A stretch of 64,000 bases of DNA from an uncultured Candidatus Rokubacteria bacterium (GCA_963805625.1 CAWDVE010000010.1:1312001-1376000), one strand, 5' to 3'. Numbered from the stretch's first letter, positions 38,686-48,898 are shown. Numbers and translations are program-made. The notes: generated from the sequence alone by a model not told the origin.

Positions 38686-39288
38686 GTGGCGCAGCTCGGA
38701 GATCTCGATCGCGAGAGCGAGCAGCTCCTGTTCCACGTCGTGCGCGCCGTGGCCGACGCAACGCATGCTGGTGACCCTTACATGACGGGTCACTCGTCCC
38801 GCGTGGCGGCGTACTGCGAGAGGGTCGCCGATTCCCTGAGGCTCCCTCCCCGCGAGCGCCTCATGCTCTTCATCTCGGCGGCCTTCCACGATGTCGGGTA
38901 CCTCTCGACGCCCGAGTACATCCTCCGCAAGCCCTCGGTGCTTGCCGAGGACGAGATGGAGGAGGTGCGGGTTCACCCCGTGCGCGGGGCCGATGTCTTC
39001 GGGGCCCAGCCGGCCCTGGCCGAGATCGCCCGGGCCGTCCGCCATCACCACGAGCGGTTCGATGGGAGCGGCTATCCCGAGGGTCTCCGAGGCGACGAGA
39101 TCCCGCTGTTCTCGAGGATCATCCTGGTCGCGGAGACCTACGAGGCGATGACGCACCATCGTCCGTACCGGAGGGCCCTCTCCGCCGAGGAGGCCACGCG
39201 GCGCCTCCAGGAGAGCGCGGGCTCCCAGCTCGACCCTGAGATCGTCAAGCACTTCCTCGCGATTCTCGGAGCCGAGCCAAGTGCCTAG
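38686..39288 (+). CDS. Stand-alone HD-GYP domain protein
   Basis: GHS.RVA, HDVG, HP..G, HHERFDGSGYP, RPYR, GSQLDP. Confidence 0.9.
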   Translation: MAQLGDLDRESEQLLFHVVRAVADATHAGDPYMTGHSSRVAAYCERVADSLRLPPRERLMLFISAAFHDVGYLSTPEYILRKPSVLAEDEMEEVRVHPVRGADVFGAQPALAEIARAVRHHHERFDGSGYPEGLRGDEIPLFSRIILVAETYEAMTHHRPYRRALSAEEATRRLQESAGSQLDPEIVKHFLAILGAEPSA

Positions 39289-39289
39289 G

Positions 39290-40498
39290 CTACTGCTTCT
39301 TCGGCTGCTGTCGCTGCTGTAGGCTCTTCAGCAGGCGCTCGGCCTGTTCGATGTTCTTCTTCGCGTTGGCGTGCTCGGGCTCGTACTCGAGCACCGCCTT
39401 CCACTGCGTGATGGCGTCCTCCAGCTTCTCCTCGCGGTAGAGCTGGAGCCCCTGCGCATAGTGCTGCTGGGCCGCGCGCTCCCGCGCCTGCTTCAGCAGC
39501 GCCGGAGAATCCTGGTAGGTGGGTGCGAGCCGCGCCAGCTGGATGAGTGTCCGGACGGATTCCTCGTACTTCCGCTGGCCGAGCTGGCTCTTCCCGAGCC
39601 CGTACAGGACGGCCTTCTTCAACTCGGTGGCGTCGGGGTTCTGGGCGTTGCCGGCAAGGACACGGTCCACGTCGGCCAGCGCCACCTGGTACTCCCCTTT
39701 CTCGAGCGACTCCCGCGCCCCCACAAGGAGCGGGTTGATCTCGACCACCTCGGCCGACCGGCCCGCGTCGGGCGTGGGTGTGTCGGGCCGGGCCATCGGC
39801 TCCGGCGGCTTCGGGCGAAGCTCCGGCAGGACGAAAGGCACGCCAGGAATCTCCGGAATCTTGAGGACCATGCCCGCACTGAGCCTGGGGTTAGGCGGCA
39901 GCTGGTTCGTCTCCCAGATCACCTCCGACCGGGCGCGGTCGCCGTAGTAACGCTCGGCGATCGTCGCCAGCGTCTCGCCGGCCTTGACCGTGTGCGGCAC
40001 GAAGCGGATCTCCTTGACGTCGTTCTGGAGCGCCGAGAACGCGGCTTGGTTGGTGGGATCCATCGCGAGCACGGCCAGGAAATGTCGTCTCGCTTCCAGA
40101 TGGTCGCCCTTCCCCAGGGCCTCGCGCCCCTGGCCGAGCCGCTCTGCGACCGACCGCTCCATGCGCGCCTCGAGCTGCCGTCGCCCCTCCTGGGCGGCCT
40201 GGTCGCCGGGATCGATCGTCAGCGCGATCTTCCACTCGTCCAGGGCCTGCCGGAGGTCCCCGCTACGCTCCAGCCGGCGCGCCCGCTCCTTGTGTCCCGC
40301 CGCGAGCTGCTGACGCGGCGACGGAATCGCGGGAACCGGTGCGACCACCGGTGGAGCCGGGGCTGCGGACGGGGGTGCGGCCGGAGGCGGCGCGGCAGTG
40401 GTCGGCGCGGCCGGCGGAGGCGTGGCCGCCGCGCAGGCGCCCAGCAGGAGTGCGAGAGTCGCGACGAGGAACGATCGACCGCGACGACCGAGGATCAC
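39290..40498 (-). CDS. Lipoprotein with TPR repeats and a central LysM domain
   Basis: Lipobox LGAC, HTVKAGETLATIAERYYGD..N..L..G..LKIP, flanking TPR helices. Confidence 0.87.
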   Translation of the reverse strand: MILGRRGRSFLVATLALLLGACAAATPPPAAPTTAAPPPAAPPSAAPAPPVVAPVPAIPSPRQQLAAGHKERARRLERSGDLRQALDEWKIALTIDPGDQAAQEGRRQLEARMERSVAERLGQGREALGKGDHLEARRHFLAVLAMDPTNQAAFSALQNDVKEIRFVPHTVKAGETLATIAERYYGDRARSEVIWETNQLPPNPRLSAGMVLKIPEIPGVPFVLPELRPKPPEPMARPDTPTPDAGRSAEVVEINPLLVGARESLEKGEYQVALADVDRVLAGNAQNPDATELKKAVLYGLGKSQLGQRKYEESVRTLIQLARLAPTYQDSPALLKQARERAAQQHYAQGLQLYREEKLEDAITQWKAVLEYEPEHANAKKNIEQAERLLKSLQQRQQPKKQ

Positions 40499-41601
40499 CG
40501 GATCGCCTCCTCGCTGAACACGGTCAGGTTGCGGACGAAGTCGTCGAGACTCATCTCGGAATAGATCTGGGCTCGGTGGATCGTGAGCGTCGGCGTGAAC
40601 GAGGCGTTCCCCTGGCGCCGTACGTCCAGGGCGGCTATGTACCCCGCCTCGCGGACCCGTTTGACGACGGCCTCGTCGTGGGAGCCGTAGGGGTACGCGA
40701 GGATCTTCGGCGACACGCCCACGCGCTGCTGGAAGATCGCGAGGGGCTGGACGAGCTCGGCCTGCATGCGCCGGTTGTAGTCCTCGTCGGACTCCGTCGG
40801 CTTGCGGCGCATGTCATCGTGCGTCCTGGAGTGAGCCTGGATGTCGTAGCCCTCCTGGGCGAGCTCCTTTACCTCCGGCCACGAGAGGGCGACGCGGGCC
40901 CCGATGAAGTCCGTGTAGATGAACAGTGTGGCCGGATACCCGAGCTCCTTGAGAATGGGGTATGCGTACTCCTTGAAGGACTTCCAGCCGTCGTCGAACG
41001 TGAGCACGACCGTCTTGCGTGGCAACTGTTGCCGGAGCGACGCGAACTCGAGGAACTGCTTGAGCGTGATGACGTGGTAACCCTCGCGCTTGAGGTACCG
41101 CATCTGCTCCTCGAACGCGCTCGCGGACATGAGGAGCCGACCACGCGTCTGCGGACCCAGGTTGTGATAACAGAGGATCGGCACGAGCTGATACCCGCGC
41201 GACTCCACACCCGCGGGATTCCACGGTCGCTTCGGGATCACGACCTCGCGACCTTGCGTGAAGGTCGCCGTCCCGTTGTAGTCCTCGACCAGCCACGCCT
41301 TCGTCGGGTCGCCGAGATATCGCTGCGCGAGACTCTCCGCCGTGTCGCCAGCCTTCGCGAGCACGACGACGAAGTCGTCGGATTCGAAGGCCTCGGGGAG
41401 AGGCTCGACGGGGGGGGCGGGCATCGGACGACCAGGTGCCGTCGATGGCGCAGGCCTGGTGGCGGCGGCCGGACTCGCGGGCGCGGCCTGGGGCTGCGGG
41501 GAGGGAGCCCCGGTGGACGCGGGAGGTGCCGCCGCGCAGGCGTTCAGCACGCCCACCGCCATACCGAGTACGAGCACCCGTTTCAACCCGACGCCTATCA
41601 T
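40495..41601 (-). CDS. Lipoprotein with a LysM-like domain and a CE4 polysaccharide deacetylase domain
   Basis: LNAC, GDTAESLAQRYLGD, PILCYH, LTFDDG, HSRTH, AYPYG. Confidence 0.9.
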   Translation of the reverse strand: MIGVGLKRVLVLGMAVGVLNACAAAPPASTGAPSPQPQAAPASPAAATRPAPSTAPGRPMPAPPVEPLPEAFESDDFVVVLAKAGDTAESLAQRYLGDPTKAWLVEDYNGTATFTQGREVVIPKRPWNPAGVESRGYQLVPILCYHNLGPQTRGRLLMSASAFEEQMRYLKREGYHVITLKQFLEFASLRQQLPRKTVVLTFDDGWKSFKEYAYPILKELGYPATLFIYTDFIGARVALSWPEVKELAQEGYDIQAHSRTHDDMRRKPTESDEDYNRRMQAELVQPLAIFQQRVGVSPKILAYPYGSHDEAVVKRVREAGYIAALDVRRQGNASFTPTLTIHRAQIYSEMSLDDFVRNLTVFSEEAIR

Positions 41602-41722
41602 CGACCTCTCCTTGATCTCATCGATCCGGCGAGACGCCCGGGTTCGCGGCCGATCGGACGGCCTTCGGCTTCCATCGAACGGCCTTCGGCCTGAGCGGAC
41701 ATGTCGTGCCCTTCTGGTGACA

Positions 41723-43162
41723 TCACGCTCCTTGCGTCAGGCCAAGGACCTCGTAGACCTCGACCTGCTCCTCCTTGCCCTTCATCCGGATCACTCCGAG
41801 CGTGCGCACGTTGACCACGCTAGCCACCCTCTGATACGTGCGCTGGCTGATCAGGATCTGGCCGGGCTTGGCGTTGGACTCGAGTCGCGCCGCCAGATTC
41901 ACGCTGTCGCCAATCACCGTGTACTCCATCCGGTCCTCGGTCCCGACCGTCCCGGCGACGGCCTCGCCGGCGCTGACGCCGATGCCCACCGCGATTGGAT
42001 CCTTACCCTCCCGGGCCCGCTTCCGCGAGAGTTCCGCCACCGCGGCCTGCATCGCGACTGCCGTCTTGACCGCTCGAGCAGGATGATCCTCGTGGACGAT
42101 GGGAGCGCCGAAGATGGCCATAACGCCGTCGCCGAGAAACTTGTCCACGATCCCGTCGTTCTTCGCGGTCGTGTCGACCATCAGCGTGTAGAAGTCGTTC
42201 AGCACGCCGACGACCTCCTCGGGCGACAGGCGCTCGGCCAAGGACGTGAAACCACGCATGTCGCAGAACAGGACCGTGACGTCCCGGCGCTCCTCCTTCA
42301 AGGCGAGCTTCTCCGGATCCTTCAGGATCTCGTCGACCACCTGACGGGCAACGTAGCGCGTGAACGCCCGCTTGATCATCTCCTTCTCGCGGAGGTTCTT
42401 CGCCATCTGATTGAAGGAGTCCGTCAGCGCTCCGATCTCGTCCCGAGACGTAACCGGCAGGTGGATCTGAAAGTTCCCCGCGGCGACGGCGCGCGTGCCC
42501 TCGACCAGGCGCATCACGGGTTGCGAGAGCACGGTGGCCAGCCCGAGGGCCCCGAGGACCCCGATGAAGACCATGGCGGCACTGATGACGATCGTCGAGT
42601 TCCGCGCGGTGGCGACCGCCTGGTCGATCGGCTTCCGGCTGAAGCCGAGGTACAGGGAGCCGACCGACACCTTGCTGAAGACCAGTGGCACCGCGAAGTC
42701 GATCACCTTGCCGTGCTTCGGATCGACGTAGGGCGTGACCTGCGTCTCGCCCACCGCCATTGGCAAGCCGTCCGACCGCTGAATCCGCTGGCCGATCTGC
42801 GAGAGATCCGGATGCGCCACCACCTTGCCGTCGGCATCCACGAAGATCACGTAGACGACGTCGGGATCTTTCATGGCATCCTGCACTAGCAGGGACAGCG
42901 TCAGATCGTCGTTCGAGAGGATCGGGTTCTTCGACGCGTTCGCGAGGTCCCTCGCGATCGTGCGGCCGCGCTTGCTCATCTCGTTCGTGAGACTCTCCTG
43001 CTCCTGCCGTACCAGGAAGACGCTCACAAGCAGCACCGTCAGCACGAGAAGCGTCGTGATGAGGAGCGTGAGCTTGACCTTCAGCGACAGCCGCAAGGCC
43101 ATCGGCTCCTTCTCGTCCACCACCACCTTCTGCTCAACCACCACCTTCTGCTCAACCGCCAT
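41723..43162 (-). CDS. Membrane class III adenylate cyclase (sensor-HAMP-cyclase)
   Basis: Two TM helices, HAMP (SRDEIG.L..SFN.M), LFCDMRGFT, DKFLGD, YTVIGDSVNLAARLE. Confidence 0.93.
   Translation of the reverse strand: MAVEQKVVVEQKVVVDEKEPMALRLSLKVKLTLLITTLLVLTVLLVSVFLVRQEQESLTNEMSKRGRTIARDLANASKNPILSNDDLTLSLLVQDAMKDPDVVYVIFVDADGKVVAHPDLSQIGQRIQRSDGLPMAVGETQVTPYVDPKHGKVIDFAVPLVFSKVSVGSLYLGFSRKPIDQAVATARNSTIVISAAMVFIGVLGALGLATVLSQPVMRLVEGTRAVAAGNFQIHLPVTSRDEIGALTDSFNQMAKNLREKEMIKRAFTRYVARQVVDEILKDPEKLALKEERRDVTVLFCDMRGFTSLAERLSPEEVVGVLNDFYTLMVDTTAKNDGIVDKFLGDGVMAIFGAPIVHEDHPARAVKTAVAMQAAVAELSRKRAREGKDPIAVGIGVSAGEAVAGTVGTEDRMEYTVIGDSVNLAARLESNAKPGQILISQRTYQRVASVVNVRTLGVIRMKGKEEQVEVYEVLGLTQGA
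43121..43156. repeat. Perfect 18-bp tandem repeat (2 copies) in the cyclase 5' end
   Basis: CACCACCTTCTGCTCAAC x2, encoding VEQKVV x2. Confidence 0.9.
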
Positions 43163-43181
43163 CCGTTCTCCCCTGGCGCGG

Positions 43182-44148
43182 TCAGCCGCGCGCCCCCGAA
43201 TCGCCGCCCATGAGCCCGAAGAACCGTCGCATCCGGCCGAGTAGCTGGCTGGCCCGGTCCGCTCCCGGCCCCTCGTACTCGGACACCGCCGCGCGGTGGA
43301 TCGCGTCGTCCCGCTCGGCCTGGCGGCGCGCGAGTGTCTTCGAGAGGCGCTCGACCCGGGCCCGGGGCGGCGGCTGGCGGAGAACCCCGGCCACGTCGAG
43401 CGCCGCCTCGATCAGCACCTCGCGGACGCGGCCAGGCGGCTCGGCGCACGGGGCGCTGACCTCGATCGCGTGACCGTGGATCGGCAGCGGCTGGCTCATG
43501 TTCACGATCTCGGACTTTGCCACCACGCTGTTCGGCACGATCAAGTAGTCTTCCTGGCGGATGAGCTTCAGGCGCACCGCACGCCAGCTCACTTCCTGGA
43601 CCTGCCCGGTCAGATCACCCATCTGGATCCAGTCCCCGGGCTCGAACGGACGCTCGAGCATGAGCGCCAGCCCGGCGAAGACGGTTCGCCAGGGTCTCCT
43701 GCAGCGCGAAACCGAGGACGATCGACAGCGCCGCCGAGGTCGCGACGAGCGCGGCGACGTCGACGCCGAAGCTCGCGCGGAGAAGCACCACCAGGATGAG
43801 GCCGCCAACCACCGCCGCGACGACGTCGCGGAGAATGGCCGGGGCCTGTCGCGGTCCACGCCGGCCGGGAAGCAGGTCGACGACCAGCACCTCCACGACC
43901 TTGAAGGCCCCGTAGGCGAGAGAGAACAGCACGAGAAAGCGAAGGTACGGGTCCAGGAACGGCGCCTCGGCGGGCGCCAGCGCCCGAAAAAGCGCCACGC
44001 TCCCGGTCAGGGCGAGGAGCGAGAGCGCGAGCGACAGACGGCGGAGCGTGGTACGGCGGCAGACGATCCGGATGACGACGATCGCCGCGACGAGCGCCAC
44101 GAACGCCGGGACGCCTCCCCGGAGGAGGTCGATCAGCGGGGCGCGCAT
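43182..44148 (-). pseudogene. mscS: MscS-family channel, frameshifted (~43684) and internally deleted (~43352)
   Basis: GFALQETLAN then a +1 shift to VFAGL..ERPFEPGDWI..VPNS; the MscS C-domain breaks at PRARV and jumps to ERLS..LLGRMRRFFGL. Confidence 0.85.
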
Positions 44149-44384
44149 GCCGGAACCACCTCTCGGGGCGTTGGATCAGAGCCCACACCACTCCCACCGT
44201 GCATCGTTCGATGGTACGACAAAACGCGGGACACGCCAAATTGCCGGAGGCCCCGCGAGCCCCGCCACGCGTGGTGGACGCGCCGTCGATGGGTCGCTTC
44301 CGCTTGCGGAAACCGCCGAGGAATGGTTCAGTAGGGCGGACCCGGACCGGGCGGCCGCCGAGGCCACCGGAGAGAGGCGGCGCT

Positions 44385-45593
44385 GTGGACTTCGAGTACT
44401 CGAAGCGCACGCGGGAGTACCTGGACCAGCTGGCGGACTTCATGGCCCGCCACGTGTACCCAAGCGAGCAGACGTTCCTCGACCAGCTCGGCGCGGCCCC
44501 GACACGCTGGCAGGTGCCGCCGATCATGGAAGAGCTGAAGGCCAAGGCCCGCGAGCGCGGCCTCTGGAACCTCTTCCTGCCCGAGAGCGAGCACGGGTCC
44601 GGCCTGACCAACCTCGAGTACGCGCCTCTCTGCGAGGTGATGGGGCGTTCTCCGATCGCGCCGGAGGTGTTCAACTGCTCGGCGCCGGACACCGGGAACA
44701 TGGAGGTGCTCGTCCGCTACGGCACCGCCGCGCAGAAGCGCGAGTGGCTCGCGCCGCTCCTGGACGGGAAGATCCGCTCGGCCTTCGCGATGACGGAGCC
44801 CGCCGTCGCGTCGTCGGACGCGACCAACATCGAGGCGAGCATCGTCCGCGACGCCGACGAGTACGTCATCAACGGTCGCAAGTGGTGGACGTCAGGAATC
44901 GGCGATCCGCGTTGCAAGGTCATCATCTTCATGGGCAAGACCGACCCCGGGAACCCCGACCGCTACAAGCAGCAGTCGATGATCCTCGTGCCCCGAGACG
45001 CGTCCGGCGTCCATGTCGTCCGCATGCTCACCGTCTACGGCTACGACGACGCCCCTCACGGACACGGCGAGGTCGTCTTCGAGAACGTGCGGGTGCCGGC
45101 AGCGAATCTGCTCCTCGGCGAAGGGCGCGGCTTCGAGATCGCGCAGGGGCGTCTCGGCCCGGGCCGGATCCACCACTGCATGCGGCAGATCGGCGTCGCC
45201 GAGCGGGCGGTCGAGCTCATGTGCCGCCGCGCCCAGGAGCGCGTGGCCTTCGGCAAGCGCCTCGCCGAGAACGACGTGAGCCTCGAGCGAATCGCCCAGT
45301 CCCGGATCGAGATCGACCAGGCCCGCCTGCTCGTGCTCCACGCGGCGTGGAAGATGGACACGGTCGGCAACAAGGCGGCCAAGCAGGCTATCGCGGCCAT
45401 CAAGGTCGCCATACCCAACATGACCTTGAGTGTGCTGGACCGGGCCATCCAGCTCCACGGAGGAGGCGGCGTGAGCCAGGCGTTCCCGCTCGCGTACTGG
45501 TGGGCGCACTCTCGGACGCTCCGCTTCGCCGACGGGCCGGACGAGGTCCACCGCCGCCAGATCGGACGACTCGAGCTCCGGAAGCACCCCTGA
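44385..45593 (+). CDS. Acyl-CoA dehydrogenase (ACAD10/11-like)
   Basis: [55 protein letters not shown]. Confidence 0.95.
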   Translation: MDFEYSKRTREYLDQLADFMARHVYPSEQTFLDQLGAAPTRWQVPPIMEELKAKARERGLWNLFLPESEHGSGLTNLEYAPLCEVMGRSPIAPEVFNCSAPDTGNMEVLVRYGTAAQKREWLAPLLDGKIRSAFAMTEPAVASSDATNIEASIVRDADEYVINGRKWWTSGIGDPRCKVIIFMGKTDPGNPDRYKQQSMILVPRDASGVHVVRMLTVYGYDDAPHGHGEVVFENVRVPAANLLLGEGRGFEIAQGRLGPGRIHHCMRQIGVAERAVELMCRRAQERVAFGKRLAENDVSLERIAQSRIEIDQARLLVLHAAWKMDTVGNKAAKQAIAAIKVAIPNMTLSVLDRAIQLHGGGGVSQAFPLAYWWAHSRTLRFADGPDEVHRRQIGRLELRKHP

Positions 45594-45639
45594 GCGGCCG
45601 GCGAGCCCATGCCCCCGTCACGCGGCGGGCCTGGGCGCC

Positions 45640-45818
45640 CTACTTGCCGACTTCGTCCGCCCAGTAGTCGTAGAAATTGAACCACTGGTACGGAGCCATC
45701 AGACAGTATCGCTCCAACCGCCGCGCATAGTCGCCGGCCAGCGCATCCAGATCCTCGGGTCCCGTCACGACAACTCTCTCTGCGAACCGCTTGGCGAACG
45801 CTTCGTAGTGTCCATCCC
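45640..45818 (-). pseudogene. 3' remnant of an LpxL-like / lysophospholipid acyltransferase
   Basis: YARRLERYCLMAPYQWFNFYDYW C-terminal signature; only about 60 codons remain. Confidence 0.7.
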
Positions 45819-46877
45819 CTAGGCGGCCTGGTCCACAACCGCCCATGCCGCCTCGGCCAGTGGCCGCGCTCGCTCACCGCGCCGGCGGGCGTTGGGATCG
45901 CTCGCCGTCCCGTCGCGTACGCGGCCCATGATCCCCTGACAGATGGCGGCCAGCCGGAACAGGGCGAAGGCGACGTAGAACTCCCAGTCGGGGACCTCGT
46001 CGCGACCCGTCAGACGACAGTACCGCGCCACGACCTCCGCCTCGGCGGGAATCCCCAGGGCCGTGAGATCGAGGCCGCGGAGGCCGTCGATTCCCGCCGG
46101 CATCCGGAACGCAGTGCAAAGGTACCCGAGGTCGCCGAGTGGATGCCCGAGCGTCGAGAGCTCCCAATCCAGGACCGCTAGGATGCGGGGCTCCGTCGCG
46201 TGGACCACGGTGTTTCCGATCCTGAAATCCCCGTGCACGAGCGTCGTGGCGTCGTCGGCCGGCACGTGGGCGGGCAGCCACTCGATGAGGCGCTCCATCG
46301 CGGGAATGGTCTCCGTCTCCGAGGCGCGGTACTGACCGACCCAACGGTGGAGCTGGCGCGCATAGTAGTTGCCAGGCCTCCCGAAGTCGGCAAGCCCGAC
46401 GGCCCGCCAGTCCACCTGGTGGAGCCGCGCCAGGACTCCAACGGCGTCGTCCCAGAGCGCCCATCGCTCCGCGGGCTGGAGGGCGGGCAGGCCCAGCTCG
46501 GGCAGGACCCGCCCGGCCACGTAGCGCATCACGTAGAAGGCGGTGCCCACGACGCCGGGATCCTCGCAAAGCACGAGCGCCTCCGGCACCGGGACCCCGG
46601 TCCCCCGCAGGGCCGCGATCACGCGGAACTCCCGCTCGACGGCATGGGCGGATGGCAGGAGCTTCCCCGGAGGCTTCCGACGGAGCACGTAGTCGCCGCT
46701 CGGCGCGCGCAGGTGGTAGGTCGGGTTCGACTGGCCGCCCAGGAACTGCCGGACCTCGAGCGGCCCCACGAAGGCCGGCAGCCGGCCGGCGAGGTACCTC
46801 TCGAGGGCGTGAACGTCGAAGCGGTGCGCCTCGCGGACCGGTGCGGTGCCGGGCACCGCCGTCCCGCCGGCCGGCAT
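45819..46877 (-). CDS. APH-family phosphotransferase (partner of ACAD10/11-type enzymes)
   Basis: GGQSNPTY, LRRKPPG.LLPSAHAV.RE, HGDFR.GN, LDWELSTLG.P. Confidence 0.95.
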   Translation of the reverse strand: MPAGGTAVPGTAPVREAHRFDVHALERYLAGRLPAFVGPLEVRQFLGGQSNPTYHLRAPSGDYVLRRKPPGKLLPSAHAVEREFRVIAALRGTGVPVPEALVLCEDPGVVGTAFYVMRYVAGRVLPELGLPALQPAERWALWDDAVGVLARLHQVDWRAVGLADFGRPGNYYARQLHRWVGQYRASETETIPAMERLIEWLPAHVPADDATTLVHGDFRIGNTVVHATEPRILAVLDWELSTLGHPLGDLGYLCTAFRMPAGIDGLRGLDLTALGIPAEAEVVARYCRLTGRDEVPDWEFYVAFALFRLAAICQGIMGRVRDGTASDPNARRRGERARPLAEAAWAVVDQAA

Positions 46878-46881
46878 CCGG

Positions 46882-48012
46882 TCAGACGGCGCCGCGCGCC
46901 GTCAGATCCCCGAGCACCGCGAGAGCGCGCGCGACGTCGGCCTCGTCGTTGAACACGTGCACCGACAGGCGCACCCGCGCGTCACCGGCCCAGACCAGCA
47001 CGCCTGCGTCCTGGAGGGCGCGCCCGACCTCTAGGCTGTGGTCCGTCGCGAACACGATGTTCCCCGCACGCTCCTCGGGCGCCTCGGGCGTGAGGACCGT
47101 CAGGCCCAGCTTGACCAGCCCGGCACGAAGCGCTCCGCCCAGCGCGAGCACGTAGGCCTCCGACGCCCGGGGGTCGATGCCGTCGAGGGTACGCAGGGCG
47201 CTCTCCAGCACGTAGATGGGAAGGAACGGAGGGTTGCCCGCCTCGAAGCGCGAGCTATCCTCCCGAAGCCGATACTCCGTACGACGCCGCCAGTCGTCCT
47301 CGCGGAGCGTGGAGTGCCAGCCGACCCAGGGCGCCGCGAGGTCGGGCCAGCGCCGACTGTTCACGTAGAAGACGCCGACGCCGTGGACGGCGAGGACCCA
47401 CTTGTAGCAGCAGGCGACGACCACGTCACAGAGCGTGCCGTCGACGGGAACGACGCCGAGAGCGTGGGAGGCATCGACGATCAGCCGCGCGCCTACCCGG
47501 TCGGCGAGGCTGCGCAGGCGGCGGAGGTCGTGGCGAGCTCCCGTGAGGTATGCCACGTGGCTCACGGCGATCACGCGCGTCCGCCGATCGACTGCCGCGG
47601 CGATCTCGTCGTAGGTCACGACAGGCTCCCGGCCGACCGCACGGACCTCGACGCCGCGCGGCCGGAGCCGCTGCCAGGCGAGAAGGACCGAGGGAAACTC
47701 GCTCTGGCCCACCACGACGTTGTCGCCGGAGCGCCAGTCGATCCCCTCGGACGCGACGTGGAAGCCCTCGGAAGCGCTCCCGAGGAACGCGATGTCCTCG
47801 GGACGCCCGCCTAGACGGGCCGCGAGAGCCACCCGGGTTCGGTCCGCCGTCGCGAAGAAGCGCTCGCGCCCGGGCATGCCGTCGCCCTTGTCGAGAAGGA
47901 ACTGGGTCGCGGCCGCGAGGTTGGCACGCAGGACGGGGGCTTCCCCGCCCGTTGCAAGGTGCGCGACGTGGTCGATGCCGATGAACGCCGTCTTCGGGAT
48001 CAAGCCGGGCAT
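46882..48012 (-). CDS. Class V aminotransferase / cysteine-desulfurase-like PLP enzyme
   Basis: EFPS, SHV...TG, VDASH.LG, YKW.L, RFEAG, RLSVH.FN. Confidence 0.88.
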   Translation of the reverse strand: MPGLIPKTAFIGIDHVAHLATGGEAPVLRANLAAATQFLLDKGDGMPGRERFFATADRTRVALAARLGGRPEDIAFLGSASEGFHVASEGIDWRSGDNVVVGQSEFPSVLLAWQRLRPRGVEVRAVGREPVVTYDEIAAAVDRRTRVIAVSHVAYLTGARHDLRRLRSLADRVGARLIVDASHALGVVPVDGTLCDVVVACCYKWVLAVHGVGVFYVNSRRWPDLAAPWVGWHSTLREDDWRRRTEYRLREDSSRFEAGNPPFLPIYVLESALRTLDGIDPRASEAYVLALGGALRAGLVKLGLTVLTPEAPEERAGNIVFATDHSLEVGRALQDAGVLVWAGDARVRLSVHVFNDEADVARALAVLGDLTARGAV

Positions 48013-48019
48013 GGACACC

Positions 48020-48898
48020 TCACTCGAAGGGGAGCGCGTCCCCGGCCCGGAGGGCGTGCACGAGCTCGGGCGCGAGCGCCCCCTCACACGCCTCGGCAAC
48101 CGGTCCCTGGAGACGGATGGACCAGTCCGGCCGGACCTCGACGACCAACTCTCCACCGGGACTCTGGATGGTGATGCGCCCGCCGGCGAGGCCGTTACGG
48201 ACTGCCGCGGCAGCGACGGCGCAGGAGGACGAGCCCGACGCCAGGGTGAACCCGGCCCCACGCTCCCAGATGCGGATCTCCACCCGATCCCGCGCCAGGA
48301 CACGCGCGAACTGGACGTTCGTGCGGTTGGGGAAGGCCGCGTGGGTCTCGATCCGTGGCCCGAGCTGCCGCACCTCGTCATCGTCGAGCGTGTCGGTGAA
48401 GACGACGCAGTGGGGATTGCCGACCGAAACGCACGTCACGGTGAGGAAGCGGTCGCCCACCTGGAGGGGGACGGCCACAACCTCGCGATCCGGGCCGTGC
48501 ATGGGGATCTCGGGCGCGCGGAACGTCGCGCGCCCCATCTCGACCGTCACCTGGTCCACGCGCTCCCCGACGAGGTGGCACACGGCCTCGACGACACCGC
48601 CCTTCGTCTCGATCCGCATCGGCGACTTCCGCAGACCGCCGCGCTCCCACAGGTACTTCGCGAAGATCCGGAGGCCGTTCCCGGACTTCTCGGCCTCGCT
48701 CCCGTCGGGATTGAAGATGCGGAGGCCAACGTCGGCGACGCCGGACGTCGTCCGGAGCAGGATCCCGTCCGAGCCGACCCCCCAGTTGCGATGACAGATC
48801 CAGCGGACCGCGGGTGGCCCGAGCGGGAAGTCTATGTCCCGCTCCTCCATGACGAGGTAGTCGTTGCCGAGCCCGTGTCCCTTCGTGAATCGCGCCAT
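48020..48898 (-). CDS. dapF: Diaminopimelate epimerase homologue with a Ser/Ser catalytic pair
   Basis: HGLGNDY, G.GSDG, NPDGSEAEKSGNG, GNPH, ERGAG.TLASGSS. Confidence 0.9.
   Translation of the reverse strand: MARFTKGHGLGNDYLVMEERDIDFPLGPPAVRWICHRNWGVGSDGILLRTTSGVADVGLRIFNPDGSEAEKSGNGLRIFAKYLWERGGLRKSPMRIETKGGVVEAVCHLVGERVDQVTVEMGRATFRAPEIPMHGPDREVVAVPLQVGDRFLTVTCVSVGNPHCVVFTDTLDDDEVRQLGPRIETHAAFPNRTNVQFARVLARDRVEIRIWERGAGFTLASGSSSCAVAAAAVRNGLAGGRITIQSPGGELVVEVRPDWSIRLQGPVAEACEGALAPELVHALRAGDALPFE

Noticed and set aside
44212-44236. Possible sigma54 promoter between mscS and the ACAD gene
   Set aside because: The GG-to-GC spacing is not 10 nt.
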